Source: an uncultured bacterium
GTDB lineage: Bacteria > Bacteroidota > Ignavibacteria > Kapaibacteriales > UBA2268
Assembly (NCBI GenBank): GCA_937875295.1
Contig: CALLXS010000049.1
Coordinates: 1 to 27,568, forward strand
Reading direction: 5' to 3'
DNA length: 27,568 nt
Shown: positions 16,713 to 25,437 of the stretch, piece after piece
Layout of the letters: each line of letters opens with the position of its first letter
Position numbering within the stretch: position 1 is the first letter of the stretch
Made by a program: the position numbers and the translations under genes
The notes under the pieces: model-generated
The model's database searches: none
Told to the model about the DNA's origin: nothing
Seen by the model: the letters and a program-made list of their open reading frames with translations, nothing else

Positions 16713-17558
16713 ATGAAAAAGAATGTTTTTGTATTGGCAATCATATCATTATTATTTCTGACAGCTACAGAAATATTTTGTAGAACTGAAAAAGTAGTTG
16801 AAAAGCAATTTAAGCAGAAAGGTGATAAATTTAAACAAATTACTACTTTAAGAGATAATGATGGTAATGGTATTTATGATCAGTATAGCGTAGATCTATT
16901 GCATTGGGATAACAGCAATAATAAATGGTATAGAAGTGGCGGAACTACAGGATCTATTCCTAAAATAAAAACCACTACTGAAACTAATTCAGTAGCTGAT
17001 CAAATAAATTTTTGTGAATCAATTGAAACTAAAAGTAATTTAACTGCAGTACTTGGAGTGCAATTTGTACCTAATGCTCAGCCTAATTTTGACACAGCTG
17101 ACTTTAACAAAGCAAGTGATATACTTTTTATTGATACTTTAAACAATGAAACTCCTATTTTTGCTGTGTTACATTTTGAAAATGGTACTTGTGTATATTT
17201 AGAACAAACAACATTTGATATTACATATATCCCAAGTGATGAAACTAATGTTAGGTTTTTTAAGGGGTTATATAATATAAATGATGATATTAATTATACT
17301 TTAGAAGACTTGAATCTTAATTTCCCTCAAACAATTAATAATAATTTTATTAATATAGAATTTGGATTATTGAGAGCTAAAACAATTGAAAGCATTGATT
17401 TATTTGATATAAATGGTAAAAAAATATCTTCAACGATAGTAAATAATAGATTGAACCTGCAAATTGATGTAAGTCAATTTAATAATGGATCATATATTCT
17501 TAATTTAAATGACACTATCGGCAATAAATACAGTTTTAATATTATAATCAATAAGTAA
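16713..17558 (+). CDS. secreted protein with Por/T9SS C-terminal sorting domain (function unknown)
   Basis: 281 aa; N-terminal signal peptide MKKNVFVLAIISLLFLTATEIFC; last ~65 aa (IDLFDINGKKISSTIV...NGSYILNLNDTIGNKYSFNIIINK) match the T9SS type-A CTD pattern. Confidence 0.75.
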   Translation: MKKNVFVLAIISLLFLTATEIFCRTEKVVEKQFKQKGDKFKQITTLRDNDGNGIYDQYSVDLLHWDNSNNKWYRSGGTTGSIPKIKTTTETNSVADQINFCESIETKSNLTAVLGVQFVPNAQPNFDTADFNKASDILFIDTLNNETPIFAVLHFENGTCVYLEQTTFDITYIPSDETNVRFFKGLYNINDDINYTLEDLNLNFPQTINNNFINIEFGLLRAKTIESIDLFDINGKKISSTIVNNRLNLQIDVSQFNNGSYILNLNDTIGNKYSFNIIINK

Positions 17559-17589
17559 TGATATAAATATTAATTTCATAAAATAAAAA

Positions 17590-17625
17590 CAGGCTACTTC
17601 AAATTATGAGTAGCCTGTTTTTTAT
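17590..17625. terminator. bidirectional intrinsic terminator between convergent genes
   Basis: caggctact (17590-17598) / agtagcctg (17609-17617), flanked by A-run upstream and T-run downstream. Confidence 0.65.
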
Positions 17626-17643
17626 CATTGTGTTTACTCTTAT

Positions 17644-20121
17644 TTAGAGTCCTAATTCTACTCCAAAGAATACACTTCTTTCAGCTGCAGGGAAGAATTC
17701 CTTACCATCGCCACTGAAAGAGTATAAGCTATTAAATAAGTTGTTAATTTGTAGTTGCAATTTAATTGAATTCAAAGTCAATACCTGCTTGAAGGTATAT
17801 GATAAGTCTAAATCGCATACGAAATATGCATCATTAATATTATCAAAATAATAATCATCTTTTAGTGCAAGGGAGTTAATTAATAATGTATTTGTACGAA
17901 GCATTTCTCCATAATTATCTGTATAAAAATCTCCTACATATTTTCCGGTAATTCCCACAAAGAAATCTTTATAAATAGCATTTAAGCCTAAATTAGACAT
18001 AAAATTTGGGAAACCTGCTATTTCATTGTCTTTTAGAGATATTTTATTTTGCGTGCCAGTTTTATCATAAAAATATACATCATATTCTTTCAATAAATTT
18101 TGGCTATATGTCATATTTGCCCAAAGATTCAAGAGGAAATTATTTTTATTTATGATATTTGCCGAAGCTGTTAATTCTACTCCATAGTGAAGAGATTTAG
18201 CAGCATTTTCATCAAGAGTAGTACCGAATTTATCTTTTTTCCCAGTTTTCACATATTCATCAGTATAATCCATATAATAGAAATTCGCACTTAAGTTATA
18301 ATTCTCAGAGATGTAATTCCCACCAAATTCAATATCGAGCATTTTTTCGGGTTTTGCGTTAGGTTTAGCGAAGTTATAAATGTAAGTGTCTTTATCATTA
18401 ATTTTAATTATATCATATTCAAAATTTGGAGTTGCACCGAATAGGCTTTCGCTTGCGTGGTATAAGTTTTTCATACGAGGTTCGCGTGAAGTTTGAGCTG
18501 CGAATGCATAGAAATTGATATTTTTATTTAATTTATAATTAACGCCTAATCGCGGATTAAAGAACACATAATTAATATCAAATAAAATATTATTTTCTCC
18601 TACTTTCTCTGAATTTTCGTTATAGTATGAAACTGGATTACCGCCGAAAGTCTCATTTCCTATTCTGAATGAATGATTAACTACTTGAATATCTCCGAAA
18701 ATAGAGAATTTTTCATTTATTTTGAAGTTATCTTTAATAAAGAAAGACAAAATATCCCTATAACCATTATAAAAATATAGATCATAATCTAAATCATAGT
18801 CTTTAGGTAATTGTTCAGCAAAAATGATATTCATATTATGATCTGATTGGTGTCTTCGAATTTCAATTCCTGCAGTCAACTCATTATATTGACTTAAATA
18901 AGTAATTTTCGGTATCCACCCAAATTGATTATTAATTACCCAAGCGCGAGTAAATGGATTCTTGAATTTATTTTCTTCTGTTATTTTATATTTATCTTTA
19001 GCAATATCATTGAAAGCATAATCAGCCCAAGAATAATCGCCATCGAAATATCCGGCACCTCTATAATAAAAGAGTGAAGAGTTAATTATTAAATTATTAT
19101 TAATTTTATAATTATTTAATATTTCGAAGTGTGGTTGATTAAATTCTTCTACTTCGTGCTTGCTTCTTTCAGCAAAGTAATTCAAATTCTGACCTGTAGA
19201 ATCATAGGTCCAACCCCAAGAATAATTCTTTCTGCGGAGTACATTATCTTTAATGTAAGCTTTTGGTAATCCGGTATATGCTGAACCATCGGCGACTGGT
19301 CCTCCGAAAAAATTAACTTGTGTGAGCAATTTATCACCAAAATAAGAATATGAGAAGTAATAACTTTGCAATTTAGCCCAAGAATTATCTCTATAACCAT
19401 CAGAATTTATCCTCGATACTTTAGCATAAAAGGCACTTTTATCAACTAATCCGCTTGCATATTCTAAAGATAGCTTGCTAACGTTTGAATTAATTGAATT
19501 TGATGTATTTGCTCCAAAATATTGAGTACCAATACCACCGAACACTCGCAATCCCTTTCTATTTGCAAATGTAGAAGTGATTATATTAATTGAACCACCG
19601 ATTGATGGTGAACCATAATTAGCAAGTCCAGCACCGCGCTGCACTTGAATATTCTCCGTTGAACCAGCCAAATCAGGCATATCAATCCAATAGACTTCGT
19701 GGTCTTCAGGATCATTTTGCGGAATACCATTTACCATAACAGCGATTCTTCTTTGGTCGAACCCTCTCATTTTAATATCTGAATAGCCAATACCATTCCC
19801 ATTTTGAGAAGAAAAAATTATAGATGGCATTACGGATAATAGCTTAGGCATATCAGAAGTAATGTATTTGTTAGTAATATCCTCTTTATTTAATTCGCTA
19901 AAAGGAAGAGGAGATTCGCCCAATTTTGCCCTTGTAGAGGTAATTGTGATAGCGGGAGCTACATATACCTTAGAAGAATCTCCATATTCATTGAATTTTA
20001 AGTTATCAGGAGTGTCTTGAGCAAATAATGTGTTTGTCTCTGGAATAAAATGTATTCCAGAGATTAATATTGCTATTAAAATAGAATAGCAGTTAATAAA
20101 GTTTTTAATAAAATGTGACAT
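17644..20121 (-). CDS. TonB-dependent outer-membrane receptor (candidate thiamin/TPP-regulated transporter)
   Basis: 825 aa; signal peptide, plug region then long beta-barrel with alternating aromatic/hydrophilic strands; TPP riboswitch in its 5' leader. Confidence 0.85.
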   Translation of the reverse strand: MSHFIKNFINCYSILIAILISGIHFIPETNTLFAQDTPDNLKFNEYGDSSKVYVAPAITITSTRAKLGESPLPFSELNKEDITNKYITSDMPKLLSVMPSIIFSSQNGNGIGYSDIKMRGFDQRRIAVMVNGIPQNDPEDHEVYWIDMPDLAGSTENIQVQRGAGLANYGSPSIGGSINIITSTFANRKGLRVFGGIGTQYFGANTSNSINSNVSKLSLEYASGLVDKSAFYAKVSRINSDGYRDNSWAKLQSYYFSYSYFGDKLLTQVNFFGGPVADGSAYTGLPKAYIKDNVLRRKNYSWGWTYDSTGQNLNYFAERSKHEVEEFNQPHFEILNNYKINNNLIINSSLFYYRGAGYFDGDYSWADYAFNDIAKDKYKITEENKFKNPFTRAWVINNQFGWIPKITYLSQYNELTAGIEIRRHQSDHNMNIIFAEQLPKDYDLDYDLYFYNGYRDILSFFIKDNFKINEKFSIFGDIQVVNHSFRIGNETFGGNPVSYYNENSEKVGENNILFDINYVFFNPRLGVNYKLNKNINFYAFAAQTSREPRMKNLYHASESLFGATPNFEYDIIKINDKDTYIYNFAKPNAKPEKMLDIEFGGNYISENYNLSANFYYMDYTDEYVKTGKKDKFGTTLDENAAKSLHYGVELTASANIINKNNFLLNLWANMTYSQNLLKEYDVYFYDKTGTQNKISLKDNEIAGFPNFMSNLGLNAIYKDFFVGITGKYVGDFYTDNYGEMLRTNTLLINSLALKDDYYFDNINDAYFVCDLDLSYTFKQVLTLNSIKLQLQINNLFNSLYSFSGDGKEFFPAAERSVFFGVELGL

Positions 20122-20220
20122 TTTACCTCGAATAATTAATTAAAAAAATGCGAGGAAGTGAAATTTTGCTGAATGCAGGTTGCTTTGTTTCGGAGAGTGA
20201 ATTTGATAAATATTCTGCTC

Positions 20221-20311
20221 ACCGTAATCCCTACGCAAGTATTATCTTGTTCAGGTGCAAGGAGTTTATTCTCAGCAACGCCTTATATTTTGGCATAGCA
20301 CCTCCTACGGT
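20221..20311 (-). promoter_or_regulatory. TPP (THI-box) riboswitch aptamer
   Basis: minus-strand RNA: P1 ACCGUA/UACGGU; P2 GGUGC/GCACC; P3 GCC-loop-GGC; conserved GCUGAGA; CCUGAAC; P4 CAAG-AUAAUA-CUUG; GCGUAGGGA; directly upstream of the TonB-receptor ATG. Confidence 0.8.
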
Positions 20312-20324
20312 CTTTCAAAATTAG

Positions 20325-20332
20325 CAAAATTA
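20325..20332 (-). promoter_or_regulatory. candidate -7 box TAATTTTG driving the riboswitch-receptor transcript
   Basis: reverse complement of caaaatta; lies about 14 nt upstream of the aptamer P1 strand. Confidence 0.4.
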
Positions 20333-20680
20333 TAAGAAATTACAAAATATTGATAAAAAATATATATTATTTTTAAATAAATATTTTCAAAAATATGTCA
20401 AAAAAAAAGATAAAAATATTTAAAAAAAAATGCTATTAGATATTTTTTTATTCAATAAATTAATAATCAAATATTACATAAAGAAATTAAAAAATATTGT
20501 GTTAATGAAAAATTAATTTTTAGAAAAGAAATTTTATAAGTCTAATAAAATATAATACTTGTAAAAAACAAGAAGTTTATTTTTTATTTTTTTAAATATA
20601 ATTTTTTGTTTTAAAAAATTTTTTGGATATTGTATTCCGTTCAAAAAACAAAACGGAAATTATTATAAAAACATATAGAC

Positions 20681-20699
20681 TTACGAATATTATTCGTAA
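20681..20699. promoter_or_regulatory. perfect 9-bp inverted repeat TTACGAATA-T-TATTCGTAA upstream of dnaA (candidate regulator operator)
   Basis: CG-containing palindrome in CG-poor DNA, 63 nt upstream of dnaA ATG. Confidence 0.35.
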
Positions 20700-20761
20700 A
20701 AAAAAGGACTAATTAATTAAATAACATTTTATAAATCAAATTTTTAATAAAAGGAGTCAAT

Positions 20762-22243
20762 ATGGTATCTAAAATACAAGATGCCGATGAACTACTTAAA
20801 AGTGAAAAGAAAAATAATCGTATTTTAGAAAACGATTTAGCTTTTGAAGATAAAAAACTTTCAGAAATTTGGAAGCATTGCATAGATATAATTAAAGATA
20901 ATGTAAACGAAAGTGTATATAATACTTGGTTTGCTCCTATTTTAGCAGTTTCATTAAATAATAATATACTTACTCTTAAAGTACCAAGTCAATTCTTCTA
21001 TGAATGGATAGAGGCTCATTATTCAAATTTACTTCAACTTACTCTAAAGCAAATTATTGGAGAAGAAGTTAAATTGAAATATAGGATAGACGGTGCTACA
21101 ATTGATGAGAAAAGCAATATTGTTGAAGAAATTAATTTACCAGCTCAAAAATATGTACCAAATGCAAAACCTAAATTATCTAAAGAAAATAAAACTATAG
21201 AGAAATCTGATTCATTTATTAGTAAACTAAATCCTGCATATAGCTTTGAAAGTATGATAGTGGGCGATAGTAATCAATTAGCAGTAAGTGTAGCTGAATC
21301 ACTTGTAGATGATCTCACTAAAACAAGATTTAATCCATTTTTTATATATGGTAATACAGGATTAGGCAAAACTCATTTAGCTACTGCAATTGGAAATAGG
21401 ATAAATCAAAAATATCCAAATTTAAAAGTTTTATATACAAATAGTGAAAATTTCTCTATAGAATATGTGAATTCAGTGCAGAACAATACTGTAAATGATT
21501 TTAAAAAGCAATATCAATCACTTGATGTACTTATTTTAGATGATGTGCAGTTTATGGCATCTCGCAGTAAAACACAAGATACTTTCTTCCATATTTATAA
21601 TTCTTTACAACAGATGGGTAAGCAAATAATTATTGCTTCTGATAAACCTCCCAAAGATGTAAAAAATATTGAAGAAAGATTGATTTCTAGGTTTCAATGC
21701 GGGCTAACTGTCCAAATGCAATCGCCAGATAAAGAAATGAGAATGGCTATTTTGAAAAAGAAAAGCGAAAATGAAGGCATTTCTCTACCGGAAGATGTAT
21801 GCGAATACATTGCTCAAAATGTAACAAGCTCAATAAGAGAGCTCGAAGGTACTCTAATTACAATGATGGCTCGCCATATTTTCTCGAATAGAGAAATTAA
21901 TTTAGAATTAGCAAGAGAGATTATTGAAGGTATTGCAAATATCCAAGATAGACCATTGACAGTAGAAGTTATAAACGAAACTGTATCGGACTATTATAAA
22001 ATATCAATTGAAAGTATGGAATCTAAATCTCGCAAGCACGAAATAGTTTTAGCACGACAGATGTCAATGTATTTAATTAAGGAATTCTTGCACTTACCAT
22101 TAAAGAAAATTGGAAGTATTTTTGGTGGGAAAGACCATACTACTGTGATGCATTCCTGCCAAACTATTGAAAATTATTTGCAATTAGATAAAACTGTAAA
22201 AGCTTCTTATGAATTTATCAAAAGCAAATTAATTAACAGATAA
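20762..22243 (+). CDS. dnaA: chromosomal replication initiator protein DnaA
   Basis: 493 aa; AAA+ Walker A GNTGLGKTHL, Walker B ILDDVQF, sensor motifs, C-terminal DnaA-box-binding domain (MSMYLIKEF...GGKDHTTVMHS). Confidence 0.95.
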   Translation: MVSKIQDADELLKSEKKNNRILENDLAFEDKKLSEIWKHCIDIIKDNVNESVYNTWFAPILAVSLNNNILTLKVPSQFFYEWIEAHYSNLLQLTLKQIIGEEVKLKYRIDGATIDEKSNIVEEINLPAQKYVPNAKPKLSKENKTIEKSDSFISKLNPAYSFESMIVGDSNQLAVSVAESLVDDLTKTRFNPFFIYGNTGLGKTHLATAIGNRINQKYPNLKVLYTNSENFSIEYVNSVQNNTVNDFKKQYQSLDVLILDDVQFMASRSKTQDTFFHIYNSLQQMGKQIIIASDKPPKDVKNIEERLISRFQCGLTVQMQSPDKEMRMAILKKKSENEGISLPEDVCEYIAQNVTSSIRELEGTLITMMARHIFSNREINLELAREIIEGIANIQDRPLTVEVINETVSDYYKISIESMESKSRKHEIVLARQMSMYLIKEFLHLPLKKIGSIFGGKDHTTVMHSCQTIENYLQLDKTVKASYEFIKSKLINR

Positions 22244-22314
22244 TTAAGAAATTGAAGAAAAATATATATAATTAAAAGTAAAAATAATAAAACGAAATCT
22301 TAATTTTAATTATT

Positions 22315-22355
22315 ATAAAAAAAACCTGCTTTGAGAAAAGCAGGTTTTTATTTTG
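22315..22355. terminator. bidirectional intrinsic terminator between dnaA and convergent lipoprotein gene
   Basis: aaaacctgcttt (22321-22332) / aaagcaggtttt (22337-22348), GAGA loop, A-run before and T-run after. Confidence 0.7.
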
Positions 22356-22382
22356 TTATTTTACAAATTTAAGCTTAATTGC

Positions 22383-23306
22383 TTATTTACCTTTTGCATA
22401 AGGTAATTCATTTGCAGTTTGATAAGATACACTCATCAAGAAATATCTGTTTGGTGAAGTACCTTGTAAGAATGTACCATTTCTTAAATTAACAAGAACT
22501 TTAGCATATCTATATTCTGAACCAATTTTTTCTCTTACAACGAAAATTACACTATTTTGTTTATATTGAGAAGGAATAGTTGATAAATCATAAGTATAGC
22601 TCCAAGTGAATGATTGATCTTCAAAGTTTTTGTTGTCATACCAATCTACAAAGCTATTATAATAGAAAGGTTGAGAAATCATTACACTTTTAGTGTTTTT
22701 TGAATATGGTGATTCACCATTATTTAATTTATTAGCAGCACCAAAAATTAAATTGTTTTGGTCCATAGTATATACACCAACTGTCCAATCTTCGACTTCA
22801 TGGACTGTCCAAGTTTTAGGTTTATTAGCAGTAGTATTAAATAATTGAAGACCACTTCCATAACCTTGTCCAGTTAAAGCATTAGATTCATATACTTTAA
22901 ATTCTTCATTAAAAATTGTAGTAGATGCCCAAGTAATTTGTACTCTATTAGATGCTATGAAATTAGAGTCATTTGAAACAGCTTCAATAGCTATTCTTTT
23001 CTTTGTGCCAGAAGGAATACCATTTAATGAATAATCAGTTCTATATTTGCTAATAACACCGATTGTAGATAAATATGTATCATCTACATAAATTTTGTAA
23101 CCGATCATAGCACTTTTAGCAGTATCTGGAGAAGCATCCCATTTAAGATTAATAGTGTTGTCTCCTGAATTTGCCATTAAATTAGAGATTGGTTTTAATG
23201 TTGTTTTGTTTACAACAACTGGTCCACCAGTGTCTTCGCAAGAAGTGAAGAAAATGCCCATTGATACAACAAGAGCTAAAGCAATTATTACGCTTTTTAA
23301 TTTCAT
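22383..23306 (-). CDS. hypothetical lipoprotein with fibronectin-III-like N-terminal domain
   Basis: 307 aa; lipoprotein signal MKLKSVIIALALVVSMGIFFTSC; Fn3-like segment TINLKWDASPDTAKSAMIGYKIYVDD; Tyr/Trp/Asn-rich beta-rich C-terminal domain of unknown family. Confidence 0.55.
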   Translation of the reverse strand: MKLKSVIIALALVVSMGIFFTSCEDTGGPVVVNKTTLKPISNLMANSGDNTINLKWDASPDTAKSAMIGYKIYVDDTYLSTIGVISKYRTDYSLNGIPSGTKKRIAIEAVSNDSNFIASNRVQITWASTTIFNEEFKVYESNALTGQGYGSGLQLFNTTANKPKTWTVHEVEDWTVGVYTMDQNNLIFGAANKLNNGESPYSKNTKSVMISQPFYYNSFVDWYDNKNFEDQSFTWSYTYDLSTIPSQYKQNSVIFVVREKIGSEYRYAKVLVNLRNGTFLQGTSPNRYFLMSVSYQTANELPYAKGK

Positions 23307-23591
23307 ATTTGAACTCCGAAAAATAAAAAAAAAAGTTTATTACGTTTATATAAATTTATATTTATTCTTAAATAATCCATTAAATTTATAGTACTAAAAC
23401 TAATAAACGAATTAGTTTAATGTTTAGTGACAAAGTATTAAAAAAAAATAAAAATAAAATTAATGTTTAAGAAAATTTTAGAAAAAAGGTATATCATTTC
23501 TTTTTTGTTTAATAATAAATTATTATTTTGCATTTCTAATATGTTAATTAATTATAATATTTGAAATTTGATATTTTCAATTCTTTAATTG

Positions 23592-23601
23592 GTTACGTAA
23601 C
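23592..23601. promoter_or_regulatory. perfect 10-bp palindrome GTTACGTAAC in divergent intergenic region
   Basis: self-complementary, about 62 nt upstream of the 23664 gene; shares TTACG/CGTAA half-sites with the dnaA-upstream palindrome. Confidence 0.25.
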
Positions 23602-23663
23602 TATATTTAAATTAATTAGTATTAATAGAAATACTAATTTTTATAAATAATCATAGAAAAAAA

Positions 23664-24341
23664 ATGAGATTTAAACATATAATAGAATTATTAATTGTAG
23701 TAGCAATATTTATTAGCTTTCCATTAAATGCTTTTTCTGCAAGCGAAAGCATTCCGGTCCTATTAAAAGGGAAAGTATTAGATAAATTTTCTAATAAGGC
23801 TACAGATGTCACAATGACTTTTATTGATAAAAATGGCAAGAAATTCTCCGTTACACCTAATATTATAGATGGACACTATGAACAAATCCTTATGTCAGGC
23901 AATCAATATGAAGTTAGATTTTTTAAATGGGATGTAGCAAGAGAAACTTTTATAATTAATATTCAAGATACAGAAGAATATATTGAAATTGTAAAAGATT
24001 TCTCAATTAAACGATTAGATTTAAATAATGAAATATATAGTGATGATTTCTTTATTGCAAATTCAGCAGAAATTTCTCCTGCAGGAATAGCTTTAATTAA
24101 TCAATTAAGCGAAATATTGAAGTTTAATCGAGGTGCCAAATTACAATTTTTAGTAGCACCCACTAATGATGATGAAAAATCATCTCAAAAAGATATTGTG
24201 AATAATAGATTAGAGAAAATAACTTCATTAGATGAATTTAAAAAATATTCATCTAGAATTGTTTTCAATAAAATAAATAATATTAATGATAAGAACTTTA
24301 GCGTAAAAGTAATAGAAATAAAAGATCCATTAAATAATTAA
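23664..24341 (+). CDS. hypothetical exported protein, beta-sandwich N-domain plus degenerate OmpA-like C-terminal region
   Basis: 225 aa; signal peptide MRFKHIIELLIVVAIFISFPLNAFSA; C-terminal FFIANSAEISPAGIALINQLSEILKFNRGAKLQFLV resembles the start of OmpA_C domains but the GHTD/NxxLSxxRA core is not recognisable. Confidence 0.45.
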   Translation: MRFKHIIELLIVVAIFISFPLNAFSASESIPVLLKGKVLDKFSNKATDVTMTFIDKNGKKFSVTPNIIDGHYEQILMSGNQYEVRFFKWDVARETFIINIQDTEEYIEIVKDFSIKRLDLNNEIYSDDFFIANSAEISPAGIALINQLSEILKFNRGAKLQFLVAPTNDDEKSSQKDIVNNRLEKITSLDEFKKYSSRIVFNKINNINDKNFSVKVIEIKDPLNN

Positions 24342-24351
24342 GGGCAAATAA

Positions 24352-25356
24352 ATGAAAAAAAACAATCCACTCTATAGCGTAGATTCAATTCAAGAAATCT
24401 TGCAATTAAGTTCAGTATTTGAACAAAGTAAAATATTACTTTCTGCATGCGAATTGAACTTCTTTAGTATAATAGAAAATAACCACAAAACAGCAAAAGA
24501 AATTGCTGTTGAAGCTGGTACTAATGAAAAAGCAACTGAGAGGATACTAAATGCTCTCACTGCAATGAATTTACTAACTAAAGATGGATCTACATATTCA
24601 AATACTAAAGGTACTAGAAGATTTTTAGTCGATTCAAGACCTGAATACATCGGCGATATGCACTTTTTAAATAATCAATGGGAAAAGTGGGGTGATCTGA
24701 CTAATGCTATTCGCACTGGTAATGCAATTTCTTATCAAGATATCAAAGATAAAGATGCTGAATGGGTAAAATCTTATGTAGACTCAATATATTGGAGAGG
24801 TTCATTAAAAGCTCCTGATATAATTAGTGAATTGAACTTGCATGATGTAGATTCAATTTTAGATTTAGGATGTGGTTCAGCACTTTATGCAATTGAATTA
24901 AAGAAAGCAAAACCATCACTAAAAGTATCAGCTTTAGATTTCCCAAATGTACTAAAAGTAGCAACAAATCATATTGACAGAGAAGGATTTTTAGGGCAAA
25001 TAGAACTCATTCCTTGCGATATGTATAACGACCCAATACCCGGGAAATATGATGCAGTTTTTATTTCAAATGTATTAAAGTATTTTTCTTTCTGGGAAAA
25101 TGTGAATTTCATGCATAAATTATATGAAATATTAAATCCTGGAGGCAAAATATTTATACAAGAAACTCTAGTGAGTGACGATAAAACTACTCCACCAAGT
25201 GCTGCAATTGATTCTGTAGCTTTATTAGTTAATACTCAATCTGGTGATGTATTCACTGAGTCTGATCTTTGGATGATATTGAAAGAAGGTTGGTTTAACT
25301 ATGAGAGTATGAAAACTACTCCATTTGGTTCTTCATTAATAATAGGTAGAAAATAA
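24352..25356 (+). CDS. class I SAM-dependent O-methyltransferase, family 2 (small-molecule OMT type with N-terminal dimerisation domain)
   Basis: 334 aa; motif I ILDLGCGSALYAIEL, acidic post-I LDFPNV, motif region FISNVLKYF; N-terminal winged-helix/dimerisation-like region; starts 10 nt after preceding gene. Confidence 0.75.
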   Translation: MKKNNPLYSVDSIQEILQLSSVFEQSKILLSACELNFFSIIENNHKTAKEIAVEAGTNEKATERILNALTAMNLLTKDGSTYSNTKGTRRFLVDSRPEYIGDMHFLNNQWEKWGDLTNAIRTGNAISYQDIKDKDAEWVKSYVDSIYWRGSLKAPDIISELNLHDVDSILDLGCGSALYAIELKKAKPSLKVSALDFPNVLKVATNHIDREGFLGQIELIPCDMYNDPIPGKYDAVFISNVLKYFSFWENVNFMHKLYEILNPGGKIFIQETLVSDDKTTPPSAAIDSVALLVNTQSGDVFTESDLWMILKEGWFNYESMKTTPFGSSLIIGRK

Positions 25357-25374
25357 TAATATATCTATAAATTA

Positions 25375-25420
25375 ATAAAAAATAGCGTTCTTATATCTTT
25401 TAAGAACGCTATTTTATTTA
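25375..25420. terminator. bidirectional intrinsic terminator between O-methyltransferase and flotillin genes
   Basis: aatagcgttctta (25381-25393) / taagaacgctatt (25402-25414), 8-nt loop, A-run before and T-rich after. Confidence 0.7.
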
Positions 25421-25437
25421 GGTATAAAAATTATGAA

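Noticed and set aside
20122-20332. Cobalamin riboswitch upstream of the TonB-dependent receptor (BtuB-like expectation)
   Set aside because: No B12-box (AGYCMGGAAG...GCCACUG) present; instead the conserved TPP elements GCUGAGA, CCUGA and GCGUAGGGA with P1-P4 pairing are all present.
20341-20761. oriC immediately upstream of dnaA
   Set aside because: Region is AT-rich but I could not find any 9-mer within 2 mismatches of TTATCCACA/TGTGGATAA on either strand; in many Bacteroidota oriC is not dnaA-adjacent. Left as unresolved rather than called.
23411-23461. Mini-ORF MFSDKVLKKNKNKINV in the lipoprotein / exported-protein divergent region
   Set aside because: No ribosome-binding context, Lys/Asn composition simply reflects poly-A DNA; likely noise.
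23610-23650. Hairpin attagtatt-aatagaa-aatactaat followed by ttttat
   Set aside because: Stem is entirely A/T and located in a promoter region with no upstream gene to terminate on that strand; likely fortuitous.
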